Positions 9,628-18,881 of a DNA stretch of 64,000 bases are shown here, one piece after another. The notes beneath the pieces are model-generated. The model was not told the DNA's origin and did not search any database. It saw only the letters and a program-made list of their open reading frames with translations. The stretch's first letter is position 1, and every line of letters begins with the position of its first letter. The position numbers were made by a program, and so were the translations under genes. Origin of the DNA: Candidatus Marinacidobacterales bacterium (lineage in GTDB: Bacteria > Acidobacteriota > Vicinamibacteria > Marinacidobacterales > SMYC01); the NCBI GenBank assembly GCA_965224085.1, contig CBDCYI010000011.1, forward strand, positions 928,001 through 992,000. The letters are read 5' to 3'.

Positions 9628-11226
9628 ATGTACGAGTTCATCTATCAAGAGGAGGGGAGTGAGCAGACAGTCCCCATTCGCGCCAAGGGCATCGTCCTCG
9701 GCCGCTCCCCCGACTGCGACGTCGTCATCAATGATTTAGGGGTCTCACGCCGTCACGCAGAAGTAGTCATGAATGGCGGCGAGTGCCTTGTCGTCGACTT
9801 GAAGAGCAAGAATGGCACGCAAGTCAATGGCGTGCGGGTGCCTGAAGCGGCCCTCAACGACGGAGACGAGATTCTTCTCGGCAAGTTTCTCGTCCAGTTC
9901 CGGAAGACTCTCGAAGAAAAAGTAGTTCTCGACGAAGAGAAGCCCCTGCTCGAAGAAGCCGGGACCGTGATTCGAAGCATCGGCGAGCTCTCGAAGTTCT
10001 TTCTCGAGGAGAAACCGAGCAAGGACTCGATGAAACCGAGGGAGATCAGATCCGAGGTGGATGAGCCCGGCGACGAGCTCGCGAAAATCAACCGCGTCCT
10101 TCGCAGCCTTTCGGAGCTTGCCAAGGCCCTCATCTCTGCCCAGCCCGAGGAAGTTCCGCGCCGTGTCATGGACGCCGTGTTCGAACACATCCCGGCGGAT
10201 CGGGGATTCCTGATGCTGTATGACGACAAGGGCGATTTGAAGCCGCGCGTCGTACAACATCGGCATGGCAACGACGAGAAAATCACCATCAGCAAGACCA
10301 TCGCCGATCGCGTCGTCAAGGATCGGGTGTCGATTCTGACTTCGGATGCGCAGGTCGATCCACGCTTCGCGACGGGCGACAGTATCCGGTTTCACGGCAT
10401 CCGCTCCGCAATGTGCGCGCCTCTTTGGAAAGGAGACGAGGTCATCGGGATCATCCACGTGGATAGTCCCATGCAGACCAAGACGTTCTCGCCCGACGAT
10501 TTGGAGCTTTTGAGCGCTCTTTCGAACTACGCGGCGGTCGCCATCCAGCAGGCGAACTTGAACAAAAAAATTCAAGAAGAGAAAGTGGCGCGTGCGCGGC
10601 TCGAGAAATATTTCTCGCCCGCCGTGGCCACGCGGATCCTGTCGGAAGGTGAAAAAGAGGTTCAGGAGCTCGAAGTGTCTGTGCTCTTCGCGGATATCGT
10701 GGGTTTCACCCCTCTCGCGGAAAAGATGAGCCCGCAATCGGTGGCCAAGCTTTTGAACGAGTACTTCTCGCGCATGGAGGAGCCTATCTTCGACCATGAC
10801 GGTACGGTGGACAAGTTCATCGGGGACTGCATCATGGCTGTGTTTGGCGCTCCCTATCCTCAAACGGACCACGCCGCCCGTGCGGTCCAAGTCGCGCTCG
10901 AGATGCGACAACGGCTCCACGAGCTGAACGCCGAGCGCGCTTCTGGGTCTCCGATTCAGATGCGAATGGGGGTTCATAGTGGAAGCGCGGTTTCCGGCCC
11001 CATCGGTTCAGAGAAACGGCGTGAGTTCACCGTGCTCGGCGATACCGTCAATATCGCCTCGCGCATCGAGTCGATGGTGGCCAAGGCTGGACAAATCGTC
11101 ATTGGAGGTCACACTCACGATCTCACAAAAGGCAAGTTCGAAGTCAACGATCTCGGCACGGTCTCGCTAAAGGGGAAAAGCAAGAACGTGCGCGTTTTTG
11201 AAGTGCTATCGGAGAAAACCAAGTGA
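9628..11226 (+). CDS. FHA-GAF-class III adenylate cyclase
   Basis: FHA (GRSPD, SRRHA, KNGT); GAF (SAMCAPLW..IGIIHVD); cyclase (FADIVGFT, DKFIGD, FTVLGDTVNIASR) with ATP-type K/T residues. Confidence 0.9.
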   Translation: MYEFIYQEEGSEQTVPIRAKGIVLGRSPDCDVVINDLGVSRRHAEVVMNGGECLVVDLKSKNGTQVNGVRVPEAALNDGDEILLGKFLVQFRKTLEEKVVLDEEKPLLEEAGTVIRSIGELSKFFLEEKPSKDSMKPREIRSEVDEPGDELAKINRVLRSLSELAKALISAQPEEVPRRVMDAVFEHIPADRGFLMLYDDKGDLKPRVVQHRHGNDEKITISKTIADRVVKDRVSILTSDAQVDPRFATGDSIRFHGIRSAMCAPLWKGDEVIGIIHVDSPMQTKTFSPDDLELLSALSNYAAVAIQQANLNKKIQEEKVARARLEKYFSPAVATRILSEGEKEVQELEVSVLFADIVGFTPLAEKMSPQSVAKLLNEYFSRMEEPIFDHDGTVDKFIGDCIMAVFGAPYPQTDHAARAVQVALEMRQRLHELNAERASGSPIQMRMGVHSGSAVSGPIGSEKRREFTVLGDTVNIASRIESMVAKAGQIVIGGHTHDLTKGKFEVNDLGTVSLKGKSKNVRVFEVLSEKTK

Positions 11227-13148
11227 TGCCCCGCCGCGAAAACAGGAAGGCGCCGAGAAGGATCAAGCGACGCGGCAAGATCCTCTATTCGCTCATAGCG
11301 CTCATGTTGCTTGCGGGTCTCGTGCCGTTGGTGCTGACGACCGCGTGGATTTTGTCGAGCAGCCGTGACGCTCTCGAATCGTCTGAACGCCTCCTGCAGC
11401 TCGACCAGACGCGCTCGATCGCTCGTCAGTCGCGTCTCTATCTGCAGTCGATGCACAATCAGATCGCCACGATTGCCGAGACCTTCGAGATTGCCTCGGA
11501 TCCTCGGGCCGTGAGTCAACGGATCGCGTCGGTGACATCCGAGTCTCTGCGGGACTTCGTCGGGGAAGACCGCGTGCTTTCCATCTCGGTCTTCGACGCC
11601 GATCTGAACTTTGTTTCCGCCGTTTTTCCCGGCGTCTCCCTCGATGACGCAACCATAGAGAGCTCGATCCGGCAGTCCCTTGTCGATGCTCTACAGGGAC
11701 GCACCTGGGTCTCTCGGCCGCATATCTTAGAGCCGCTCCCAGACACAGTCGTGATCATCTCCTCTCCGGTACGCGCCTCGAGCAGCGGCGAGGGCGAGCC
11801 CCCGGTCGTCGGTGTCGTCTCGGCCACGATTAGCTTGAAACCCATACACGAGATCGTGAAAGAGAAAGGAAACGACCGTCGCAGCGTCTACGTGGTCGAC
11901 ATGGCCGGCGAGCTTGTAACCCATTGGGACCCGGAAACGCTCTTCGAAGGCGTGGTCGACGTTTCGAATACAGCGATCGTGCAAGCCTTTCAGGAGTCCC
12001 GAGGACTCGCGAGCGGCTCCGTGAATTTCGAGCTCTCCCGGGACGGTGAATTTCGCCCCATGCTCGGCACCTATACGCCCATCGGCGATCGCACCTCCAC
12101 GATCCAGTTTCTGAGGGAGCTCGGCCGGGGTGCCATCGTTCAGACGGAGGAAGAGGCCGTCTTCTCGAACGTTGACGTCATCATGTTCCGTAGTATCGTA
12201 ACCGCGGTGCTCGCCGCTGTGCTCGGCGGGATGCTCGTCGTGGTGTTTGCTGGACGGCTTTCTCGGCCGATCGCGGAGCTGGCCGAAGGCGCGCGTCGTC
12301 TCGCTTCGGGAGATTTCTCGCAGAACATCGAAGTCGCGAGCGGCAACGAGATCGGTGAGTTTGCCGAAACGTTCAACTTCATGATTCTCGAGATCCGGCG
12401 CTTCATCGAGCGGCTACGCAGGGCGGCAGAAGAAAACAAGCAAATGTTTCTCGGCGCCGTCAGCTCCTTGGCAGCCGCCATCGACGCGAAGGACCCCTAT
12501 ACAGCGGGTCATTCGGAGCGCGTCGCGCATTACTCGGCCACGATCGCGCAGATTCTCGGGCTGCCGGAAGACGAGACGGAGGTCATCAGGGTTTCCGCTC
12601 TCATGCACGACGTGGGAAAGATTGGAATCCAGGACAGCATTCTCGGAAAAGCCGGGCCCCTGACCGACGAGGAATACGAGATCATGAAGACCCACCCGTC
12701 TGTGGGCGCCGCGATCATGGAACACGTCCCGCAACTCGAACACATGATGCCGGGCATCCGGTGCCACCACGAGAACGTCGACGGTTCGGGATATCCAGAC
12801 GGGCTCAAAGGCGACGAGATTCCCCTCCAGGCGAAGATCGTGAGCGTTGCCGATACTTTCGACGCGATGACGACGAACCGGCCATATCAGAAAGCCATGG
12901 AGATCACTTACGTCTTCGCTCGTATGAGGAGCTTCATCGGGAAGAAGTTCGAAGAGCATCTCGTCGAGGCGCTCATCACCGCCTATGAGCAAGGTCTCGT
13001 GCGCCCGGACATGAAAGTCGTTAGCGTCATCAAGGTGTCTCCTGCCCAGATCGTTCCGAAACCCGCGCCGGCGCCCGCCTCGATGGAGCTCCCGGCTCCG
13101 TCGTTCTCGGCCATGCCACCGGCCACCGACTCGTCGCGCGTGACGTAG
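11223..13148 (+). CDS. Membrane HD-GYP phosphodiesterase (TM-Cache-TM-HAMP-HD-GYP)
   Basis: Two TMs, HAMP; DAKDPYTAGHSERVA, HDVGKIG, HHENVDGSGYP. Confidence 0.9.
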   Translation: MMPRRENRKAPRRIKRRGKILYSLIALMLLAGLVPLVLTTAWILSSSRDALESSERLLQLDQTRSIARQSRLYLQSMHNQIATIAETFEIASDPRAVSQRIASVTSESLRDFVGEDRVLSISVFDADLNFVSAVFPGVSLDDATIESSIRQSLVDALQGRTWVSRPHILEPLPDTVVIISSPVRASSSGEGEPPVVGVVSATISLKPIHEIVKEKGNDRRSVYVVDMAGELVTHWDPETLFEGVVDVSNTAIVQAFQESRGLASGSVNFELSRDGEFRPMLGTYTPIGDRTSTIQFLRELGRGAIVQTEEEAVFSNVDVIMFRSIVTAVLAAVLGGMLVVVFAGRLSRPIAELAEGARRLASGDFSQNIEVASGNEIGEFAETFNFMILEIRRFIERLRRAAEENKQMFLGAVSSLAAAIDAKDPYTAGHSERVAHYSATIAQILGLPEDETEVIRVSALMHDVGKIGIQDSILGKAGPLTDEEYEIMKTHPSVGAAIMEHVPQLEHMMPGIRCHHENVDGSGYPDGLKGDEIPLQAKIVSVADTFDAMTTNRPYQKAMEITYVFARMRSFIGKKFEEHLVEALITAYEQGLVRPDMKVVSVIKVSPAQIVPKPAPAPASMELPAPSFSAMPPATDSSRVT

Positions 13149-13279
13149 ATTTACTGTACTCCTCCTATCCCCACATCGGCTTACCCTACACTTCGCCCGA
13201 GCTACGGTTCTCGGCGCTCTGCTAGTATAGAAATTCGCAATTGCGCTACAATATTGCCTTCATAGCAAGGAGGTTTTCG

Positions 13280-14038
13280 ATGTCGCGAAGGAAGGTCTTT
13301 GCCCTTCTTACCGTAGGAGTGTTGATGACCACGTTGGCGTCTGCCCAGACGGAAGAGGAAATTGAAGACGCGATCCGAGTCTTCCATCGTGGTAAGACCC
13401 TTCATCAAGAAAAACGATATGAGGAGGCCATCCGGGAATATCGCACCGCATTGAAGATCGATCGGGAGAACCCGTTCCTATACAACGCCATGGGACTCGC
13501 ACTCGCTGCGGTCGGCAACTTCCAAGAATCCCTGAAGGCATTCGATGCGGCGATCCAACTCAATCCTGACTTGACCGATGTCTACAATAATATGGGGATG
13601 GTCTATTCGGAGACAGGAGAGAGAGAAAAGGCCTTCGAAGCCTATGGTCGCGCGGTGCGAAACCCGAACTACCCGACACCCGAAAAAGCTCTGTACAACT
13701 TGGGCAATCTCTATTTGGAAGACGACAACTTGGAGCTCGCACACATTTTTTTCGAGCGCGCGGCAGAAAAGAATCCCGAATTTGCGCTCGCCTATCGCGG
13801 CCTCGGAAACGTCTTGCTCGCGATGGACGATGTCGAGGGAGCGCGGCGGCAATTCGCAAACTCCGTCGAGATCTTCGAGAACGACGAAGAGAGCCTTTTT
13901 AATTTGGCGCGTATCCACGAATCCCGGGGCGAGACCGCGCAAGCACTCGAGTTCTACCGTCGTGTCGTCGAGGCGAATCGTCAATCCCTCTACGGGCGCC
14001 TGGCGCTCCAGAGTCTGAATGAGCTGAAAGCGCCTTAG
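13280..14038 (+). CDS. Exported TPR protein, Tgl/PilW-like
   Basis: RBS AAGGAGG before ATG 13280; signal peptide; about six TPRs; NPNYPTPEKALYNLG resembles the PilW/Tgl motif. Confidence 0.7.
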   Translation: MSRRKVFALLTVGVLMTTLASAQTEEEIEDAIRVFHRGKTLHQEKRYEEAIREYRTALKIDRENPFLYNAMGLALAAVGNFQESLKAFDAAIQLNPDLTDVYNNMGMVYSETGEREKAFEAYGRAVRNPNYPTPEKALYNLGNLYLEDDNLELAHIFFERAAEKNPEFALAYRGLGNVLLAMDDVEGARRQFANSVEIFENDEESLFNLARIHESRGETAQALEFYRRVVEANRQSLYGRLALQSLNELKAP

Positions 14039-14087
14039 CCACGATTTGGCTGCGACCCGTTTCAGCTACATCTAGCATTGGCCTTCC

Positions 14088-14963
14088 GTGTCTTCTCCTT
14101 CCCTTCGAGAACGACTTCGTGCGGGGCTCTTGCGAACGCGGGAGAAACTCGGGGCGGCTTGGACTGGTGACGAGGCGCCCGATTGGGACGCGCTCGAAGA
14201 GTCACTTGTCTTAGCTGATATCGGGCTTCCGGCGACCTCCGCGATCCTCGAAGCGGTGCGTGAGGGAGGAGTTCGCCGTGCCGATGTTTTGCGAGAGGAG
14301 CTTCTCCGGATCCTGCGAGCCGTGCCTTCTCGTGACGCGACTCCGAGCGCGCCACCGCGTATCACGATGATCGTCGGAATAAACGGTGTCGGCAAAACGA
14401 CGACGGTGGCCAAGCTCGCCGCGCGGAGCGCAGCGTCGGGAGAGTCGACGCTCGTGATAGCTGCGGACACGTTCCGAGCGGCGGCGCAAGAACAGCTCGC
14501 CGCTTGGGTCGAGCGAATCGGCGTCGACTTCGTCGAAGGTGCGGCGGGTAGGGATCCGGCTTCCGTTGTTCACGAAGGCGTCCAGGTCGCGCTCGGTCGG
14601 GGCGTCGATGAAGTTTTTGTCGACACGGCGGGGCGACTCCACACCAAACGTCCCTTGATGGATGAGCTCGCTAAAATCGAGCGCGTGACCGCGCGCCTCG
14701 TTCCCAATGCGCCTCACGAGACGTTCCTCGTCATGGACGCAACGGTGGGCAGCAGCGGGCTGAGCCAAGCGCAGCAATTCAAGTCGACGCTCAGCGTCAC
14801 CGGTATCGTCCTCACGAAAATGGATGGCACCGCCAAAGGCGGCGTGGTGATCGCGATTGCCAAAGAGCTCGGCCTTCCAGTTCGCTATGTTGGCGTCGGC
14901 GAATCCGTGAACGATCTGATGCCGTTTGCCGAAGAAGACTTCGTCGACGCCCTCCTGAAGTAG
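14088..14963 (+). CDS. ftsY: Signal recognition particle receptor FtsY
   Basis: GINGVGKTTT, DTFRAAA, DTAGRLH, TKMDGTAKGG. Confidence 0.97.
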   Translation: MSSPSLRERLRAGLLRTREKLGAAWTGDEAPDWDALEESLVLADIGLPATSAILEAVREGGVRRADVLREELLRILRAVPSRDATPSAPPRITMIVGINGVGKTTTVAKLAARSAASGESTLVIAADTFRAAAQEQLAAWVERIGVDFVEGAAGRDPASVVHEGVQVALGRGVDEVFVDTAGRLHTKRPLMDELAKIERVTARLVPNAPHETFLVMDATVGSSGLSQAQQFKSTLSVTGIVLTKMDGTAKGGVVIAIAKELGLPVRYVGVGESVNDLMPFAEEDFVDALLK

Positions 14964-14979
14964 CCGGTGCGCGGAGTGC

Positions 14980-15078
14980 AAGGAAACGAGATGTGGGGAT
15001 AGAAGGGGATAAGGGGATGTCTCGTTTTTTATCTCCACCTCTTCACACATCTTCACCTCTCCTTTTTCTTACACATCG
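14980..15078. repeat. Intergenic purine/pyrimidine stem-loop repeat, copy A
   Basis: aaggaaacgagatgtggggatagaaggggataaggggatgtct followed by a pyrimidine-rich complementary arm; near-identical to 16260-16358. Confidence 0.75.
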
Positions 15079-15133
15079 AACCCATCGTGGCGGATAGCCA
15101 AAAACTCCTGAGCTGCACTACTATGCATGTTCC

Positions 15134-16240
15134 ATGGACTCCGAACGGACCGATAGGCGTATGATGCGTCGGGCGCTCGCCCTTGCGACGCTCGGACGCG
15201 GTACCGCGGCGCCGAATCCGTTCGTGGGCGCGGTAGTAGCCCGTGGCAGCACCGTGCTCGGTCAAGGGTTCCATCGGCTTGCAGGCGAGCCCCACGCGGA
15301 GGCCATGGCGCTCAGCCAAATCGGCGCTCGCGCACGCGGGGCGACGCTCTACACGAATTTGGAGCCGTGCTGTCATACAGGAAGAACGCCGCCTTGCGTG
15401 CACGAGATCGTGCTAGCGGGGGTACGACGCGTGGTCGCGTCCATGCGCGATCCAAACCCCAAAGTCGATGGCGGCGGCTTTCGCTATTTGAGAAAGCACG
15501 GGATCGAGGTGGAGATTGGCCTGCTGCGTCGCGAGGCGAAAGAGCTCAACGCAGCTTTCGTCAAACACGCTCGGTGTGGCCTTCCCTACGTTACGCTCAA
15601 AGGCGCCGTGAGTCTCGATGGTCGGATCGCGACGAGGTGCGGTGATTCGAAGTGGCTCACGTCAAAGACGGCGCGACGGCACGCACGGGTTCTGCGCGCG
15701 GAGCACGACGCGGTTCTCGTCGGGATCGGAACCGCCTTTGCGGACGATCCCAGATTGAATCGGCGTCCCAAGCCGCGCGCGAGCGGCCCGTTTCTACGCG
15801 CCGTAATAGACGGCTCGCTACGGCTGTCGACGACGAGCCGGCTCGTCCAAACCGCGCGGCGTGAGCCGTTGATGGTTTTCTGCGGGGCCGAGGCTTCGGC
15901 GTCACGTAAAAAAAAGCTTTGCTCCGCGGGAGTGACGGTCGAGACCATCGGGCGGCGCGGCGGCCGCCTCGACCTCGAGGCGGCGCTCTTCCGTCTAGCA
16001 GCCGGTGGTGTGAGTCAGCTTCTCGTTGAAGGTGGCAGCGAGATTCATGGAAGTCTTCTCGATGGCGGGCTCGCGGATCGCCTTGTCTTGTACATGGCGC
16101 CGCGAATCGTCGGCGGCCGTGCCGCGCTGCCGTTAGTCGGGGGTGAGGGACCTCAGTGGATCCGCGACGCGACGATGCTGCGCTCCGTATCCTGTGCCCG
16201 GGTTGGAGATGGCTGGGTGATCGACGGCCGCTTCCAGTAG
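15134..16240 (+). CDS. ribD: Bifunctional riboflavin deaminase/reductase
   Basis: PNPFVGAV, HAE, LEPCCHTGRTPPC, SLDGRIA, LLVEGG. Confidence 0.97.
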   Translation: MDSERTDRRMMRRALALATLGRGTAAPNPFVGAVVARGSTVLGQGFHRLAGEPHAEAMALSQIGARARGATLYTNLEPCCHTGRTPPCVHEIVLAGVRRVVASMRDPNPKVDGGGFRYLRKHGIEVEIGLLRREAKELNAAFVKHARCGLPYVTLKGAVSLDGRIATRCGDSKWLTSKTARRHARVLRAEHDAVLVGIGTAFADDPRLNRRPKPRASGPFLRAVIDGSLRLSTTSRLVQTARREPLMVFCGAEASASRKKKLCSAGVTVETIGRRGGRLDLEAALFRLAAGGVSQLLVEGGSEIHGSLLDGGLADRLVLYMAPRIVGGRAALPLVGGEGPQWIRDATMLRSVSCARVGDGWVIDGRFQ

Positions 16241-16259
16241 GCTGCCGCTCGGCGAGCGT

Positions 16260-16358
16260 AAGGAAAGGAGATGTGGGGATAGGAGGGGATAGAAGGATGT
16301 CTATTTTTTGGTCTCCACTTCTCCACACAGACCCACCTTTGCTTTTCTGACACGTCGA
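16260..16358. repeat. Intergenic purine/pyrimidine stem-loop repeat, copy B
   Basis: aaggaaaggagatgtggggataggaggggatagaaggatgtct...; its 17-mer core also occurs inverted at 13161-13177. Confidence 0.75.
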
Positions 16359-16403
16359 TAGGTCACAGGATGTGCTTTTTCAGTAGTCTAGAGAGAAGAG
16401 GAG

Positions 16404-17003
16404 ATGTTCACAGGACTCGTCCAAGCTGTCGGTGAAGTCGTGGCCCGTCGCGAAAAAGCGGAGTTCGTAGAGCTTACCATCGAGAGCGAGCTCATCGCCG
16501 CGTCGCTTGCCATCGGTGACAGCGTCGCCAATTCCGGCGTGTGTCTGACCGCGACTAAAGTCGACGGGGCCCGGTTCTCGCTCGACGTCGCGCCAGAAAC
16601 GCTGCGGCGCACGACTTTGGGAGTTCTTCTGGTTGGGGATAGAGTCAATTTAGAGCTCCCACTTCGTGCCGACGACCGCCTCGGGGGCCACTTCGTTCAG
16701 GGCCATGTCGATGAAGTAGGCCGCGTCGCGGTGTCGGGGGATCGTGACGGAGACTACGTGCTCCGGGTCGAGCATCAGAGCGAGGGCGACCGGCTCGTCG
16801 TTGAAAAAGGTTCGGTAGCGCTTCACGGTGTTAGCCTTACCGTAACCGGCTGCGCCGCGGGCTGGCTCGAGGTCATGCTCATCCCGCATACGCTCGAAGT
16901 GACAACGCTCGGAGCGCTCACGCCCGGCCACGGCGTCCATATCGAGTACGATATACTGGCGAAATATGTGGCTCGTTTCGCGGAGCCATATCGAGGCAAG
17001 TGA
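16404..17003 (+). CDS. ribE: Riboflavin synthase (alpha chain)
   Basis: MFTGLV N-terminus, GVCLT, GGHFVQGHVD, KGSVA..GVSLT. Confidence 0.97.
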   Translation: MFTGLVQAVGEVVARREKAEFVELTIESELIAASLAIGDSVANSGVCLTATKVDGARFSLDVAPETLRRTTLGVLLVGDRVNLELPLRADDRLGGHFVQGHVDEVGRVAVSGDRDGDYVLRVEHQSEGDRLVVEKGSVALHGVSLTVTGCAAGWLEVMLIPHTLEVTTLGALTPGHGVHIEYDILAKYVARFAEPYRGK

Positions 17004-17011
17004 GGAGCTAG

Positions 17012-18250
17012 ATGGAATCAGAACACGCTGGGAAGGGCGAGGGTGCCGAGACGTTCGACACCATAGAATCGGCTCTCGAAGACATTCGTGCCGGCGAGAT
17101 GGTCATCGTCGTTGACGACGAGGATCGGGAGAACGAGGGCGATTTGACGATCGCGGCAGAGAAGGTCACTCCCGAGACCATCAATTTCATGGCCGCGCAT
17201 GGCCGCGGGCTCATCTGCTTGCCGATGACGGGTGAGCGGCTCGACGAGCTTCAAATCCCGTTGATGGTGACCGACAACACCTCGAATTACGGGACCGCCT
17301 TTTGCGTGTCCGTCGAGGCCAAAGTTGGCGTGAGCACCGGGATCTCGGCTGCGGATCGCGCGCGCACGGTGCTTGCGGCGGTTGATAGCGCCACGACGCC
17401 CGGCGACTTAGTGCGGCCGGGCCATATGTTCCCGCTGCGCGCGCGGCCGGGCGGTGTGTTGCAGCGATCGGGGCAGACTGAGGCTGCCGTGGATCTGGCG
17501 CGGATCGCGGGGCTCTATCCCGCCGGAGTCATTTGCGAAGTGATGAACGACGACGGCACGATGGCACGGGTCTCAGACCTCGAGCCATTCTCGAAAAAGC
17601 ACGGGATCAAGCTCGTCACGGTCGCGGATCTCATCCGCTACCGTTTGCGCACCGAGCGCCTCGTGACGCGCGTCTCCGAGGCACAGCTGCCGACAGATTA
17701 CGGGACGTTCCGCATCGCGGCCTTCGAGAGCGCCAATGACGGCGCCACGCACATGGCGCTCATCCTCGGTGACATCGTACCGGAGGAAGAAGTGCTCGTT
17801 CGCGTACACTCGCAATGCTTGACGGGAGAGGTCTTTCGTTCCAAACGCTGCGACTGCGGCGCGCAGCTCGAGGCGGCGCTGACGAAAATTGGAGAAGAAG
17901 GCAAAGGCGTCCTGCTCTACCTTCATCAAGAGGGCCGCGGGATCGGGCTCGCGAACAAGATTCGGGCATACGCGCTCCAGGACGAAGGCATGGACACGGT
18001 CGATGCCAACGAGAGCTTAGGATTCAAAGCCGATCAGCGTGAATACGGTATCGGCGCTCAAATTCTCGCGGAAATCGGGGTCCGCAACATTCGCCTTTTG
18101 ACCAACAACCCACGGAAGTTCGTTGCGCTCGAGGCCTACGGTCTTCACATCGCTGAGCGAGTTCCCATCGAGGTCGCCGCGAACGAAGTCTCGGAGTCCT
18201 ACTTGAAGACCAAGAAGGAGCGCATGGGTCACCTGCTCGAAAAGGTTTGA
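17012..18250 (+). CDS. ribBA: DHBP synthase / GTP cyclohydrolase II
   Basis: [48 protein letters not shown]. Confidence 0.97.
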   Translation: MESEHAGKGEGAETFDTIESALEDIRAGEMVIVVDDEDRENEGDLTIAAEKVTPETINFMAAHGRGLICLPMTGERLDELQIPLMVTDNTSNYGTAFCVSVEAKVGVSTGISAADRARTVLAAVDSATTPGDLVRPGHMFPLRARPGGVLQRSGQTEAAVDLARIAGLYPAGVICEVMNDDGTMARVSDLEPFSKKHGIKLVTVADLIRYRLRTERLVTRVSEAQLPTDYGTFRIAAFESANDGATHMALILGDIVPEEEVLVRVHSQCLTGEVFRSKRCDCGAQLEAALTKIGEEGKGVLLYLHQEGRGIGLANKIRAYALQDEGMDTVDANESLGFKADQREYGIGAQILAEIGVRNIRLLTNNPRKFVALEAYGLHIAERVPIEVAANEVSESYLKTKKERMGHLLEKV

Positions 18251-18257
18251 ACAGACC

Positions 18258-18722
18258 GTGATGAACCCGGAGTTTCTTAAACGGGTCCAGCTTTTTGAGC
18301 AACTATCCACCCCCGAACTCGCCGAAATTTTGATGCTCGGCGCAGTCAAAGAATACGAATTGGGAGAGGTGATTTTCGAAGACGGCTCACCTGGTGATTC
18401 GTTTTTTGTCATCTATGACGGCGCCGTGCGGATCACCAAGATGTTTCCGAACATGGGGGAGGAGGCGCTGACGGTTCTAGGGGCTGGAGACTTTCTAGGC
18501 GAGATGTCCTTTTTCGATAACGAACCGCGCTCGGCACGCGCGGTGGCGCACGAGGATGTGAAGCTGCTCGAGATCAGGAACGAGGAGTTCAAGAATCATC
18601 TCGAGCGCCGGCGCGAGGTTGCGTTGAAATTCCTATGGGGATTTTCACGGACCCTGTCCAAGCGGGTACGTGAGACCAACGATAAGTTCTCGGCGCTCTT
18701 CGCGATTTCCAGGGCTTTCTAG
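18258..18722 (+). CDS. Stand-alone cyclic nucleotide-binding domain protein (no HTH)
   Basis: Phosphate-binding cassette FLGEMSFFDNEPRSARA; ends after the C-helix. Confidence 0.88.
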   Translation: MMNPEFLKRVQLFEQLSTPELAEILMLGAVKEYELGEVIFEDGSPGDSFFVIYDGAVRITKMFPNMGEEALTVLGAGDFLGEMSFFDNEPRSARAVAHEDVKLLEIRNEEFKNHLERRREVALKFLWGFSRTLSKRVRETNDKFSALFAISRAF

Positions 18723-18799
18723 CTGTTTCGCGCAAATACCTCAAGTGAAGCCTCACCTTCTCGGCCGTTAGGGTCTGAAAATACAGGCCTGAATCCTAC

Positions 18800-18828
18800 T
18801 TGACTTTGACCATGGGGTCTTCTAACAT
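18800..18828 (+). promoter_or_regulatory. Putative sigma70 promoter of the ffh-rpsP operon
   Basis: TTGACT-17 nt-TAACAT upstream of ffh. Confidence 0.55.
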
Positions 18829-18881
18829 TAACTGTTGCACCATTTAACGGGGAGATCCATCTCCTTAACCACACTTTAGCG

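Noticed and set aside
9745-10977. 410-aa minus-strand ORF
   Set aside because: Antisense shadow of the adenylate cyclase
14964-15133. FMN riboswitch upstream of ribD
   Set aside because: No RFN consensus recognisable; the region is filled by the purine/pyrimidine repeat element
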